This document shows positions 16,641 through 25,711 of a DNA stretch of 32,000 bases, in pieces. The position numbers were made by a program, and so were the translations under genes. The notes under the pieces were generated by a model. It saw only the letters and a program-made list of their open reading frames with translations. It made no database searches and was not told the DNA's origin. The DNA lies in NCBI GenBank assembly GCA_963724725.1, contig CAVRVT010000004.1, positions 3,048,892 to 3,080,891 on the forward strand, read 5' to 3'. This DNA comes from an uncultured Acidobacteriota bacterium (GTDB lineage Bacteria > Acidobacteriota > Vicinamibacteria > Vicinamibacterales > CAVVIG01). The stretch's first letter is position 1; every line of letters begins with the position of its first letter.

Positions 16641-18869
16641 CTATGACGTTATCACGTTCGAGTCAGACAGCTGGGTCTGTTCGTCTGGCTCCGGCGTCTG
16701 GCGCAGATCCGCCTGAACGTACACATACGCGCTGCCGCTGCGCAGGTAGTTCTCGAAGCGGTCGAGAACAGCCGCGCGGCGCAGCCACTCAGGGCCCGAG
16801 GCAACCACGCGCTCGTCGATGAGCGAGGAGAGGTAACCGAACCGCGCCGCGATGGCGCGTTCGCGGACCGCTTTGAGCAGTGCGTTCTCGAGCTCGGCCT
16901 GGTTCTGCACGGTCGGCACCGTCGCGAGCGCCTGAACGTAGAACGTGTTGCCCTCTCCTGCGTGCGGGTCGGACGCGCTGCCCTCTTCGTCATGATTCTC
17001 GAGCGCACTGCCAAGAACGTAGCCGACCAGCCGGCCGGACACACGGTCGCGGGCCGCGACTCCAATCGCGCCGCTGTTCCCCATCGTCGTCTCGAGCGTT
17101 TCGAGCGGAAACTGGAGCAGCGGCCGCCGCCCCGCGCGCAAGACGTCGGGGGGATACGGCGCCGCAGGGCCGTAACGCTCCTGCTCCACGGCCAGAATCT
17201 GCTGCTTGAGTATTTCGAACGTCGCGGGAACGAGATCGATGACGTCGATGGTGTCGAGCGGCATCTCCAGCGTGCCGACGCGGACCTTCACGACACCGGG
17301 CACGTCGGACGCGGCGCGTCCCACGATATCCTCCACGGCGAGGCGGAGAATCGTCAGCGCTTCATCGATGGCGTACGGTTCCGTGTTGTAGCGCGGGTAG
17401 AAGCGCACCGTCCGCTCGCCCGCGGCGAGCAGCACGAGCCCGCGCCGAAACGCCCGGTCGCGCAGCGCCTCCCCGAGATCGGCCCGGGCGACGTCGAACC
17501 CGAGCATGACGCCGGCGCCGCGGACATTCTTCAGGATTTCCGGGTAGTCGCGCGTCAACGCCTCGAGTCCGTTTCGCGCGCGCCCGCCCGTCTGCCGGAC
17601 CTGGTCGAGATTCAATTTATCCATGAGGGCGAGCAGCCGAACCATGCCGACGGAATCGCCTTCCCAGGTCGTGTTGAACTTCTTTTCCTCCTGGAAGAAC
17701 GTGGCAAGCTCTTCGCTGACGAACAGCACGCCGTTCTGGGCTTTCTTGGCCCACGTCACGAGGTCCGGCGGACACGGCAGATCGAAAAGCTCGTGGGCCC
17801 AGAGGCGTCCGGTCATGCCCCAGCCGCTCTGCACTTCGTCGAACACCAGCGGCACGTCGTACACGCGGGTCAGCAGGCGAAGCTTGCGCATGAAGCGGGC
17901 GCTTGTCTGGCGCACGCCGCCCTCGCCTTGAATCGGCTCGACGAGCACCGCAGCGACTCGTCTCGAGCGGCGGACGACGTCGGGTGTCAGATTCGTGCGC
18001 TGCGTCCGGACGAAGGCCTGCACGGCCTCCGCGTCGCACGGCGCCGCAAGGAAGTCGTCGATCGCCTCCATCTCCCGTCGGAACGTATCCTTGCTCTTCT
18101 CCGCTTTCGGCAGCCGTCCCGAGACGAGAAGGTCCCACAACTGCTTGAGGCTCCGTTCTTCCCGCCGCGCGGTTTCCTTCGGCGATCGCGGCTCTTCGAC
18201 CGGGAACGAAATGTGCGGCCAGTCGAACGTCGGAAAGCCGAGCCGCGCCTTCTTCCGGTGCGTCACGGCGAGGCTGCCGAGCGTACGGCCGTGGAACGCA
18301 CCTTCGAACGAGACGATGAAACCGCCATCGCCATCGGGCGAGGTGATCACGCGGTTCAGCAGCACGGACTTGATCGCGTTCTCGACGGCCTCGGCACCCG
18401 TGTTGACGATGAAATGACGCGGCGTCCCGGCTGGTGCGATCTTGTTCAACTCGGATTTGAGGCGCAGCGACAGCGTCGTCTGGTACTCGGAATGGGCGTA
18501 GCGCGACACCGCGAACGGCAACGCGTTCGCGATCGCCTCGACCACGACCGGTTCGTTCTCGCCGAACGCCGCCGTCGCGATGAGGGCACCCATGTCGAGA
18601 AAGCGATACGGCTCGCCCTGCGGGTCGCGATCGACGATGGCGAGGTAGGGACCGACGGCTTCGGCGGGATCGAACGCGACGGGCAACGAGAAGAAAAGGC
18701 TGCGCGATGCCGCCTGCAACGCCGAGTGCGACAGGGGCAGATACTGCTCGACCAGTTGGTCGAGCGTGTGCTCGCCGTCGAGGAACGTCTCCGGAACGTT
18801 GACGTGGACGGCACCGGACCGGTACCGGACATTGAGCGCTGCGGTGTGCTGGAGGAAGTCGGCGACCAA
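16641..18869 (-). CDS. Class-III PLP aminotransferase (L-lysine 6-aminotransferase-like) with C-terminal GNAT-like region
   Basis: FIVNTGAEAVENAIKSVLLNR, FEGAFHGRTLGSLAVTH, VEPIQGEGGVRQTSARFMRKLRLLTRVYDVPLVFDEVQSGWGMTGRLWAHE, DLVTWAKKAQNG (PLP Lys); C-terminal SGRLVGYVLG...FYVQALATVPTVQNQAELENALLKAVRERAIAARFGYLSSLIDE resembles GNAT core. Start (TTG 18869) uncertain; the N-terminal part of the listed 908-aa ORF overlaps the upstream gene in another frame. Confidence 0.85.
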   Translation of the reverse strand: MVADFLQHTAALNVRYRSGAVHVNVPETFLDGEHTLDQLVEQYLPLSHSALQAASRSLFFSLPVAFDPAEAVGPYLAIVDRDPQGEPYRFLDMGALIATAAFGENEPVVVEAIANALPFAVSRYAHSEYQTTLSLRLKSELNKIAPAGTPRHFIVNTGAEAVENAIKSVLLNRVITSPDGDGGFIVSFEGAFHGRTLGSLAVTHRKKARLGFPTFDWPHISFPVEEPRSPKETARREERSLKQLWDLLVSGRLPKAEKSKDTFRREMEAIDDFLAAPCDAEAVQAFVRTQRTNLTPDVVRRSRRVAAVLVEPIQGEGGVRQTSARFMRKLRLLTRVYDVPLVFDEVQSGWGMTGRLWAHELFDLPCPPDLVTWAKKAQNGVLFVSEELATFFQEEKKFNTTWEGDSVGMVRLLALMDKLNLDQVRQTGGRARNGLEALTRDYPEILKNVRGAGVMLGFDVARADLGEALRDRAFRRGLVLLAAGERTVRFYPRYNTEPYAIDEALTILRLAVEDIVGRAASDVPGVVKVRVGTLEMPLDTIDVIDLVPATFEILKQQILAVEQERYGPAAPYPPDVLRAGRRPLLQFPLETLETTMGNSGAIGVAARDRVSGRLVGYVLGSALENHDEEGSASDPHAGEGNTFYVQALATVPTVQNQAELENALLKAVRERAIAARFGYLSSLIDERVVASGPEWLRRAAVLDRFENYLRSGSAYVYVQADLRQTPEPDEQTQLSDSNVITS

Positions 18870-18894
18870 ACCGGTAGTGTACCCGCGGAGACCT

Positions 18895-20061
18895 TCAGGT
18901 CGTGAGCGCCGGCTCGCCCGTCCGAAGGAACCAGCGATCGAGGACGACGTGGCGGACGAGCCATGGGAACGCCAGCAGTTGGGCCCCGAACCATGCGGCC
19001 GCTCCTTCGGGCACGAGGCGCGACGGCCCCGAGCCGGACCCGCGACCGTCGCCAAAGCGCGTGGCCAGTCGTCGATCGTACGCCGCGAGCCGTTCCGCCG
19101 AGTAGTCGGCGCGTGCGTCGAGAATCGTCGAGGCAGCGAGCAGCCCCGACTCGATCGCCGGACGGATGCCTTCGCCGCTCTGCGGATACGCGAGCCCGAT
19201 GGCGTCGCCCGCGAGCAGCACGCCATCGCCGGACGCGCGACCTCGCCCGGGCCGCGACAGGCGGTAGGCGTGGCCGCGCCACCCTCTCGCCTCCAGTGCA
19301 CCGGATGGCACCACGCCGCGCGCCCGAAGCTCGGCGACAAACTCCGCGGTTGCTGTCGGGCACGCACGCGGATTCAGGCTGCCGACGCCGATGTTCACGT
19401 GACCCTGCTTGCGAAAGATCCAGCCGTAGCCTTTGAGGTCGCTGGTGAAGTACAGCTCGGGGGTGTCTGCGGCCGTGGTGAATTGGCGGGCGTGCTCGGG
19501 CGCGATCGGAAACTCCGTTTCCTGCGCAACGACAACGGCCCGGCTCGCAGAGCGTGTGTGTCGCTCGGCTGGAGCCTCGAGCTCCGGCGTCGGGTTCAGC
19601 AGGCGCGCGACGGGACACCAGTGTCCTCCCGCGCCAACCAGGACGGGCGCGCGGGCACGGTCGTTGACGATCCAGTTGCCGTGCTCCCGCCGCAGACTGG
19701 AGACCGGCGCGCCGAGTTCCAGCCGCGCGCCGGATCGGCGCAGCAGATAGTCGTCGAACTCGCATCGCCTGATGCCGTAGCTGACGACGCGGTCGTAGCT
19801 GATGAATCGCAACGGCGCGCGTCCCATGACGCCGACGCGAAATCCGGTGATGGACTGCAGCGTTCGCCCGGAGCCATACTCCCCCAGGTCCAGCTCGAGA
19901 TCGTCAACGGCCTGCGGGGTGATCCAGCCGGCGCACACCTTGTCGCGAGGAAACGCGGCGCGATCCCAGACGGACACGTCGAGACCCGCCCGGCGAAGCC
20001 GCCAGGCACACGACGACCCTGCCGGTCCGCCGCCGATGATGATGACGTCGTGGCGCTGCAC
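18895..20061 (-). CDS. Geranylgeranyl-reductase-family FAD-dependent oxidoreductase
   Basis: VQRHDVIIIGGGPAGSSCAWRLRRAGLDVSVWDRAAFPRDKVCAGW...; GDGVLLAGDAIGLAYPQSGEGIRPAIESGLLAA; GTG start 20061 chosen over the longer ORF that overlaps the upstream gene. Confidence 0.87.
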   Translation of the reverse strand: MQRHDVIIIGGGPAGSSCAWRLRRAGLDVSVWDRAAFPRDKVCAGWITPQAVDDLELDLGEYGSGRTLQSITGFRVGVMGRAPLRFISYDRVVSYGIRRCEFDDYLLRRSGARLELGAPVSSLRREHGNWIVNDRARAPVLVGAGGHWCPVARLLNPTPELEAPAERHTRSASRAVVVAQETEFPIAPEHARQFTTAADTPELYFTSDLKGYGWIFRKQGHVNIGVGSLNPRACPTATAEFVAELRARGVVPSGALEARGWRGHAYRLSRPGRGRASGDGVLLAGDAIGLAYPQSGEGIRPAIESGLLAASTILDARADYSAERLAAYDRRLATRFGDGRGSGSGPSRLVPEGAAAWFGAQLLAFPWLVRHVVLDRWFLRTGEPALTT

Positions 20062-20096
20062 GTTGTCTCCCGGGTCTCCCGTGGCGTCCCCGCTCG

Positions 20097-21314
20097 TCAG
20101 GCGGCGTCGCGCGTCCAGGGGATCGCGTTGCTGCCACCCCGTGCGAACACGATCTGAAAGAGCTGCATCGCGCCGGTCGTGAACGCGACCTGCGATCCGG
20201 CGAGGTAGAGCCGCCAGGCCCGGACGAAGGTGTCGTCGAACATCTCGGCCACCTGCGCGGACGAGTCCTCGAAGCGGCGGAACCAGTGGTCCAGCGTCCG
20301 GGCGTAGTGCAGCCGGAGGTTCTCTACGTCGAGCACCGACAGCGACGCCGGCTCGACGAGGTGTTCGAAGACTTCGCGCAGCGCCGGAGGATAGGCGCCC
20401 GGGAAGATGCGCTTGCGAATCCAGGCATTGAGCGGCGCGGGTCGATCGCGCCCGATGAAGTGCAGGAGTCCACGGCCGTCGCGCGCGAGCGTCCGGCCGA
20501 TGACCCCTCCGAGGGTCGGATAGTCCGGCAGACCGACATGCTCGAGCATCCCGACAGAGACGAACACGTCGCACGCACTTGACGCGTGGCGATAGTCGTC
20601 CTCGACGAATTCGACGGCGCCCGCCAGCCCTTCCCGCGCGGCGCGGGCGCGCGCAAATGCAATCTGTTCGGCTGACACGTTGAACGCCCGCACCGAAACG
20701 CCGTATTCGCGCGCCATGAACAGCGCGAGCGAGCCCCAGCCGCAGCCGACTTCGAGAACGCGTTCACCGGGTTGGAGACGAAGCTTTCGACACACGCGTT
20801 CCATCTTGGCAATCTGCGCGGCTTCGAGTGTGTCCTGTGGCGTCGGAAAGTACGCACAGGTGTACACCATCTCGCGATCGAGCCACAGCCGATAGAAATC
20901 GTTGCCCAAGTCGTAATGATGATGCACGTTGTCCCTGGACGCGGCCATGTCGTTCGCGCGATCGAATCTCCACCAGGGCCGGGGGCGAACCGGGGGCAGC
21001 GCGCGATACACCGCCTCGAGGAGCTGCACGAGATCGCCGTGGATCTCGACGGCGCCCGACATGTAGCTCTCGCCGAAATTCAAATCGGGGTCCCACACCC
21101 AGCCGACGAGCGCACGGCGGTTCTTGAACTGGATGGTGGCAATGGGGGGTGACGCCCCGCCCGTCACCGAGTAGTCATCCCACAGCGAGAAGCGGATCGG
21201 CGCGGACGCAACGCTCAGCTGGACGCGCTTGAGGGCCAACCGATCGAGCGCGGTCGAGCCACCTGATGCGATGCGATCCGAAACGGTTGAAACGAGGAGC
21301 GGATGGTCGTGCAT
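20097..21314 (-). CDS. cfa: Cyclopropane-fatty-acyl-phospholipid synthase family methyltransferase
   Basis: HHHYDLGNDFYRLWLDREMVYTCAYFPTPQDTLEAAQIAKMERVCRKLRLQPGERVLEVGCGWGSLALFMAREYGVSVRAFNVSAEQ: CFA synthase hallmark. Confidence 0.92.
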   Translation of the reverse strand: MHDHPLLVSTVSDRIASGGSTALDRLALKRVQLSVASAPIRFSLWDDYSVTGGASPPIATIQFKNRRALVGWVWDPDLNFGESYMSGAVEIHGDLVQLLEAVYRALPPVRPRPWWRFDRANDMAASRDNVHHHYDLGNDFYRLWLDREMVYTCAYFPTPQDTLEAAQIAKMERVCRKLRLQPGERVLEVGCGWGSLALFMAREYGVSVRAFNVSAEQIAFARARAAREGLAGAVEFVEDDYRHASSACDVFVSVGMLEHVGLPDYPTLGGVIGRTLARDGRGLLHFIGRDRPAPLNAWIRKRIFPGAYPPALREVFEHLVEPASLSVLDVENLRLHYARTLDHWFRRFEDSSAQVAEMFDDTFVRAWRLYLAGSQVAFTTGAMQLFQIVFARGGSNAIPWTRDAA

Positions 21315-21444
21315 GTGAAGCTCCCTTTCCTCATCACCAGCTCAGCTGCCGAATTTTCGGCGGTCGTCTTCGCAGGAAGTCGTCGCATGGGCGCAACGAG
21401 CTTGTGCGAGACTGTTGAGTGACGCCAACGAAAGGATGAATCCA

Positions 21445-22035
21445 ATGAGCAAGAAGATACTCGAAGCTGACGCCATCATGTCGCGTGCCAGACCCATCGT
21501 TCCGCAGCAGGCGCATGAAATCCAGCCGTACGGCCATATCATCAGGCTGCCGAACGCGCTCTCCGAATCGGTCTGCCAGGAATCGGTGGAAAACCTCAAC
21601 CAGATCCTGGCGGACACGATCACGCTCCGCGATCTCTATAAGAAACATCACTGGCAGGTGGCCGGCCCGACGTTCTACCAGCTCCATCTGCTGTTCGACA
21701 AACACTACAACGAGCAGAACGAACTGGTCGACTCCATCGCCGAGCGCATCCAGTTGCTCGGCGGCGTGAGCCTGGCGATGGCGGCGGACGTCGCCGAAAC
21801 CACGCTCATTCCGCGTCCGCCCAAAGGCCGCGAGGAAGCGCCCATCCAGATCTCACGGCTGTTGCACGGCCACGAGATCATCCTGAAGGAGGCGCGCGCG
21901 ATGGCGAAGCGCGCCGCGGACGGAGGCGACGACGGCACCAATGACCTCCTCGTCAGCGACGTCGTGCGCACCAACGAGCTGCAGGTCTGGTTCATCGCCG
22001 AGCACCTCGTGGACGTGCCGCTCGGTACGGGCTGA
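21445..22035 (+). CDS. dps: Dps-like ferritin-family DNA-protection protein
   Basis: LNQILADTITLRDLYKKHHWQVAGPTFYQLHLLFDKHYNEQNELVDSIAERIQLLGG: Dps ferroxidase-site pattern. Confidence 0.88.
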   Translation: MSKKILEADAIMSRARPIVPQQAHEIQPYGHIIRLPNALSESVCQESVENLNQILADTITLRDLYKKHHWQVAGPTFYQLHLLFDKHYNEQNELVDSIAERIQLLGGVSLAMAADVAETTLIPRPPKGREEAPIQISRLLHGHEIILKEARAMAKRAADGGDDGTNDLLVSDVVRTNELQVWFIAEHLVDVPLGTG

Positions 22036-22078
22036 CTAGGCGCTCGGCTGACGCCTCGCGCTCCTCCGGCAGGGCTCT

Positions 22079-22165
22079 CGCTCGGCTGAAGCCATCGCGC
22101 TCCGATGGACGGCTCCAGCGCGCCGCTGCGGTCGGCCGTTGGAGCGCGATGGCTTCAGCCGAGCG
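22079..22165. repeat. Perfect 25-bp inverted repeat (REP-like/BIME-like), 37-nt spacer
   Basis: cgctcggctgaagccatcgcgctcc (22079-22103) and exact reverse complement ggagcgcgatggcttcagccgagcg (22141-22165). Confidence 0.95.
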
Positions 22166-22319
22166 CAGTGCTCGTCATCAACTGCCCTGAATTGTCGCTT
22201 TCCGTGTGACAACCCGTGTCACTCCGACTGCGCCAGCGTGCAGCGCTGCGCAAAAACACCGGCACTCGTCTTGATAGACCTGACGGTCCAGCGTCCGTTT
22301 TCGCGAAAGGAGCGACGCT

Positions 22320-22562
22320 GTGAGCAGTCCGAATCTCAAGCTCAGGGTATCGAGCGACCGTTTCAGCATGACGCCGCTGCCCTATCAGGTCGATTCGCAA
22401 TGCACGTTCGGTGACGGCTGCCGGAATCGCGCGAGCCACCGTCTTCTCCTCCCGCGCGAAGGCGCCGGCGTTCAGCTGCTCTGCGACGAACACACGCTGG
22501 AGTGGGCTGATGGCCACGGCCTGCGGATCACGACGGCGCGTCGCGGCGATTCAGCGGCGTAG
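22320..22562 (+). CDS. Small Cys/His-containing hypothetical protein (possible Zn-binding)
   Basis: 80 aa, GTG start, YQVDSQCTFGDGCRNRASHRLLLPREGAGVQLLCDEHTLEWADGHG; AAAGGAG upstream. Confidence 0.6.
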   Translation: MSSPNLKLRVSSDRFSMTPLPYQVDSQCTFGDGCRNRASHRLLLPREGAGVQLLCDEHTLEWADGHGLRITTARRGDSAA

Positions 22563-22596
22563 CCAGACGCTCGGCGGAAGCCTCGCGCTCCGCGGG

Positions 22597-24291
22597 TCAG
22601 TCGCGAAGGCCGAACACACAGAGCGACAACCCGGCAATCGTGGCGACATACTGCTTGCCGTCGGCGTCGTACGTCATGGGTCCGCTCACGATCTGCGCGC
22701 CGAGGCTGGTCTTCCAGAGCAGCACGCCGCTTCGCGCATCGAGCGCCTGAAAGAACCCTTCGCGACCGCCTGTGAAGAGCAAATCCGACGCCGTCGTCAG
22801 AATGCCACTGTCGGTGACGTCGGTCATCGCAAAACGCCACTTCATCTCGCCCGTCGTCGCATCGAGCGCGAGCACGGCGCCCGTGGCCGCCGCTTCCGTC
22901 CAGTTGTTGATGGGACCGCGGCGCAGTCCGGGAACGGCCGGCGCGCCAGGAACCGGCACGTACGGACGGTTGACGCCGCCGCCGAAGTTGCGGCCCTCCT
23001 GGTACTCGACCGGCGTGCCGCCGAAGATCGTCGCATAGCCTTCCCAGGCCGACACGTAGAACAAACCGGTCCGTGGACTGAATGACGGTGAATACCAGTT
23101 CGTCCCGCCCTGGTTGCCTGGCCACGTGGGCTGCCCTGGCGGCTGCTCGGTCTGAATCGGGCGTCCGCGCTCGTCGAAGCCGTTCGACCAGTTCACCTTC
23201 ACGAACGGCCGCCCGACGAGAAACTTGCCCGTCTCGCGCTCGAGGACGTAGAAGTTGCCGTTGCGGTTCGCCCACAACATCGCTTTGAGCGGCGCGCCCC
23301 GCCAGGTGATGTCGGCGAGGATCGGAATCTGGACGGAATCGTAGTCGTACCGATCGTGCGGCGTGAACTGATAGTGCCATTTCAACCGGCCGGTGTCGGC
23401 GTCGAGCGCGACCACGGAATCCGTATAGAGATTGTCGCCGGGCCGCTGATCGGCGTTCCAGTCCGGGCCGGCATTGCCGACGCCCCAGTAGGTCAGGTTC
23501 AGGTCCGGATCGAACGATCCGGTGACCCACACCGAACCGCCGCCGTGTTTCCACGCCTCGGAGTCACAGAAATTGGCCGGCGTCGGCGGACAGGGCTTCC
23601 AGGTATCGAAGCCGGCTTCGCCCGGGCCGGGAATGGTGTAGAAGCGCCAGACTTCGTGACCTGTCTTCGCGTTGAAGGCGGCGACGAAGCCCCGGATACC
23701 GTATTCGCCGCCGCCGACACCGACGATGATTTTGTCTTTCACGGCGAGCGGCGCGAGCGTCAGCGAATAACCGCTCTTGCTCTCGGCGACCTGTGTATTC
23801 CAGAGCGGACGTCCGGTCTTCGCGTCGATGGCGACCAGGTGGGCGTCGAGCGTGCCCATGAACAAGGTGTCGCCGAGAATTGCGAGACCGCGGTTGTTTG
23901 CGCCGCAACAGACGATCTGATCGGGTGCCAGCGTGTGCCTGTAGATCCAGAAAACTCGGCCCGTCTTCGCATCGAGCGCCACGACGTCGTTGGGGCGCTG
24001 TGTCAGATACATCACGCCGTCGACGACGAGCGGCGTCGTCTGCCAGGCGCCGGCGACCGCCGCCTGATACATCCATTTCAATTCGAGGTTCTTGACGTTC
24101 GCCGGGCTGACCTGCGTGAGCAGGCTGTACCGGTTGCTGAAATAGCCGCCCGAATACGTCAGCCAGTTCCGCGGCTCCTTCGCGGCGTTGAGCAGCCGGT
24201 CGTATCCGACCTGGGCATGAATCGAATAGGACAGCGCGGCAACGATGCCGAGCGCCGCGAGCGCCCGCAACGGGCGCTGCCCTGTGATCAT
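22597..24291 (-). CDS. PQQ-dependent alcohol/methanol-dehydrogenase-like quinoprotein, secreted
   Basis: APDQIVCCGANNRGLAI (adjacent-Cys motif), repeated tryptophan-docking-like GxxxALDAxTGxxxW motifs, signal peptide at MITGQRPLRALAALGIVAALSYSIHA. Confidence 0.93.
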   Translation of the reverse strand: MITGQRPLRALAALGIVAALSYSIHAQVGYDRLLNAAKEPRNWLTYSGGYFSNRYSLLTQVSPANVKNLELKWMYQAAVAGAWQTTPLVVDGVMYLTQRPNDVVALDAKTGRVFWIYRHTLAPDQIVCCGANNRGLAILGDTLFMGTLDAHLVAIDAKTGRPLWNTQVAESKSGYSLTLAPLAVKDKIIVGVGGGEYGIRGFVAAFNAKTGHEVWRFYTIPGPGEAGFDTWKPCPPTPANFCDSEAWKHGGGSVWVTGSFDPDLNLTYWGVGNAGPDWNADQRPGDNLYTDSVVALDADTGRLKWHYQFTPHDRYDYDSVQIPILADITWRGAPLKAMLWANRNGNFYVLERETGKFLVGRPFVKVNWSNGFDERGRPIQTEQPPGQPTWPGNQGGTNWYSPSFSPRTGLFYVSAWEGYATIFGGTPVEYQEGRNFGGGVNRPYVPVPGAPAVPGLRRGPINNWTEAAATGAVLALDATTGEMKWRFAMTDVTDSGILTTASDLLFTGGREGFFQALDARSGVLLWKTSLGAQIVSGPMTYDADGKQYVATIAGLSLCVFGLRD

Positions 24292-25088
24292 GGCGTCACG
24301 GCTCCCTTCAGCGAGAGCAGGTAAGCGAGAAGATCGGACAGTTCGTCGGTGCGAAGCGTGTTCAAAAAGCTCGGCATCGGCGACGTCGTCACGATCGTGT
24401 ACTCGCGAAGATCCGCCTTCGTCAGCGAGGCGAGCCGCTCCTGGTCGTCGATGATCTGCACTGTGTAAGTGTCCTCGTTCAGCCGGCGGCCGTTGATGAC
24501 CCGGCCGTCCTGCGTGACGATGCGGACGGGTCGGTTGATGGGCATCATCTGCGCGCTCGGATCGACCATCGAGCGTTGAAGGGAGGCCGCGCTGCGAATC
24601 GCGCCGATGTCGCTCAGGTTGGGCGCCACCCGCGATCCGTTCGCGCCGACGCGATGACACCGGAGGCAGCCGCCACGCCCTTCGAACAGCGCGCGCCCGC
24701 GATCCGGATCGCCCGGTTTCGCGGAGCCACGGTCGAACGCGTTCATGTTGCGCAGATACGCGATGACGCCGGCGATTTCAGATGCATCGAACCTGAACGC
24801 CAGCATGCCCGTCCCGGGAAGGCCGCCGGTGATGATGCGAGTGAGGTCCTGATCGGTGACCGCGTTTCGGAACCTGCCGCTCCGCAAGTCCACGCCACCG
24901 ACGCCGTCACCGTTCGCGCCGTGGCACGTCGTGCACTGCGCGTCATAGAGCCGCGAGCCGTACGCAATGTCGGCTTCCGCGTATTCGCCCGGGTGCGCAG
25001 CCGCCGGAGGCTGAGCGCGGATGACGGAACCCGCGACGACGACCGTGAAGGTGAGTGCCAGTGCGAGGCGCCCCGCCATGCGGGGCAT
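24288..25088 (-). CDS. Secreted di-heme c-type cytochrome, overlapping the PQQ dehydrogenase start by 4 bp
   Basis: CTTCHGANGDG and CLRCHRVG motifs; signal peptide; stop/start overlap at 24288-24291. Confidence 0.92.
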   Translation of the reverse strand: MPRMAGRLALALTFTVVVAGSVIRAQPPAAAHPGEYAEADIAYGSRLYDAQCTTCHGANGDGVGGVDLRSGRFRNAVTDQDLTRIITGGLPGTGMLAFRFDASEIAGVIAYLRNMNAFDRGSAKPGDPDRGRALFEGRGGCLRCHRVGANGSRVAPNLSDIGAIRSAASLQRSMVDPSAQMMPINRPVRIVTQDGRVINGRRLNEDTYTVQIIDDQERLASLTKADLREYTIVTTSPMPSFLNTLRTDELSDLLAYLLSLKGAVTP

Positions 25089-25100
25089 TCTACGCCCGAT

Positions 25101-25631
25101 TCAGGAGATCTTCGTGAAAACGCGCGTGGTCTTCCGGCCGGTGTCGTCGGTGTAGGTCAGCGAGACGACGTCGGCAGTCGACGATGTCGTTTTGGCGCCC
25201 GCGGTGGTGTCTGACCCTGAACTGCTGGCCAGCTGCAGCGCAACTTTCTTCCCATCGTCGAAGCGCAGGGTGAGCTGCGTCCGGACTTTTTCGATGTGGG
25301 TCACGGTCGCTTCGCTCACGTTCGCCTGGTCGTCTTCGTCCGCGGCCGCGGGCTCGGCGGGCGGAAATCCCTTGCGCACAACGACGGTCGTGCCTTCGAG
25401 GAGACCGCCGAGCGGATCGACGAGCGGTGCTTTCGCGCCGAACTTGTCTTTGATCGCGCGGACACCCCGCACAACGCCTTCGGCCGCCGCTTCGCCCGCG
25501 TCGTAGAGCTTGTCGTTGCCCGAGGGAATGGCCATCGCCCCGGGACGGGGGACGGGTGGCGCCATCTGCGCGAAAGCGGACGTCGCCGCGGCGACGCAAA
25601 GAACGACGGCGACGAGAAGCGTTCGAACCAT
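25101..25631 (-). CDS. Secreted hypothetical protein
   Basis: Signal peptide MVRTLLVAVVLCVAAATSAFA; TQLTLRFDDGKKVALQL, VVSLTYTDDTGRKTTRVFTKI. Confidence 0.7.
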   Translation of the reverse strand: MVRTLLVAVVLCVAAATSAFAQMAPPVPRPGAMAIPSGNDKLYDAGEAAAEGVVRGVRAIKDKFGAKAPLVDPLGGLLEGTTVVVRKGFPPAEPAAADEDDQANVSEATVTHIEKVRTQLTLRFDDGKKVALQLASSSGSDTTAGAKTTSSTADVVSLTYTDDTGRKTTRVFTKIS

Positions 25632-25711
25632 GCCTGAGACGATGATGCCCAAAATATTCTAAAGAATCAACGGTTTCGCTTGCAGGTACCCGTGTTGCAT
25701 CGCCTCGAGGT

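Noticed and set aside
16962-18905. 647-aa plus-strand ORF opposite the aminotransferase
   Set aside because: Very long but is the complement frame of a clearly recognisable class-III aminotransferase.
18895-19367. N-terminal ~165 aa of the 908-aa ORF as a real extra domain
   Set aside because: Overlaps the conserved C-terminus of the FAD oxidoreductase in another frame and has Arg/Ser-rich noise composition.
22139-22414. 91-aa ORF between dps and the small Cys/His protein
   Set aside because: Starts in the REP-like arm and overlaps the better-supported 80-aa ORF; no RBS or domain.
22472-23554. 360-aa ORF overlapping the PQQ dehydrogenase gene on the same strand
   Set aside because: Alternate-frame shadow of the quinoprotein.
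23356-24324. 322-aa plus-strand ORF opposite the PQQ dehydrogenase
   Set aside because: Shadow ORF; the opposite strand has the confident domain.
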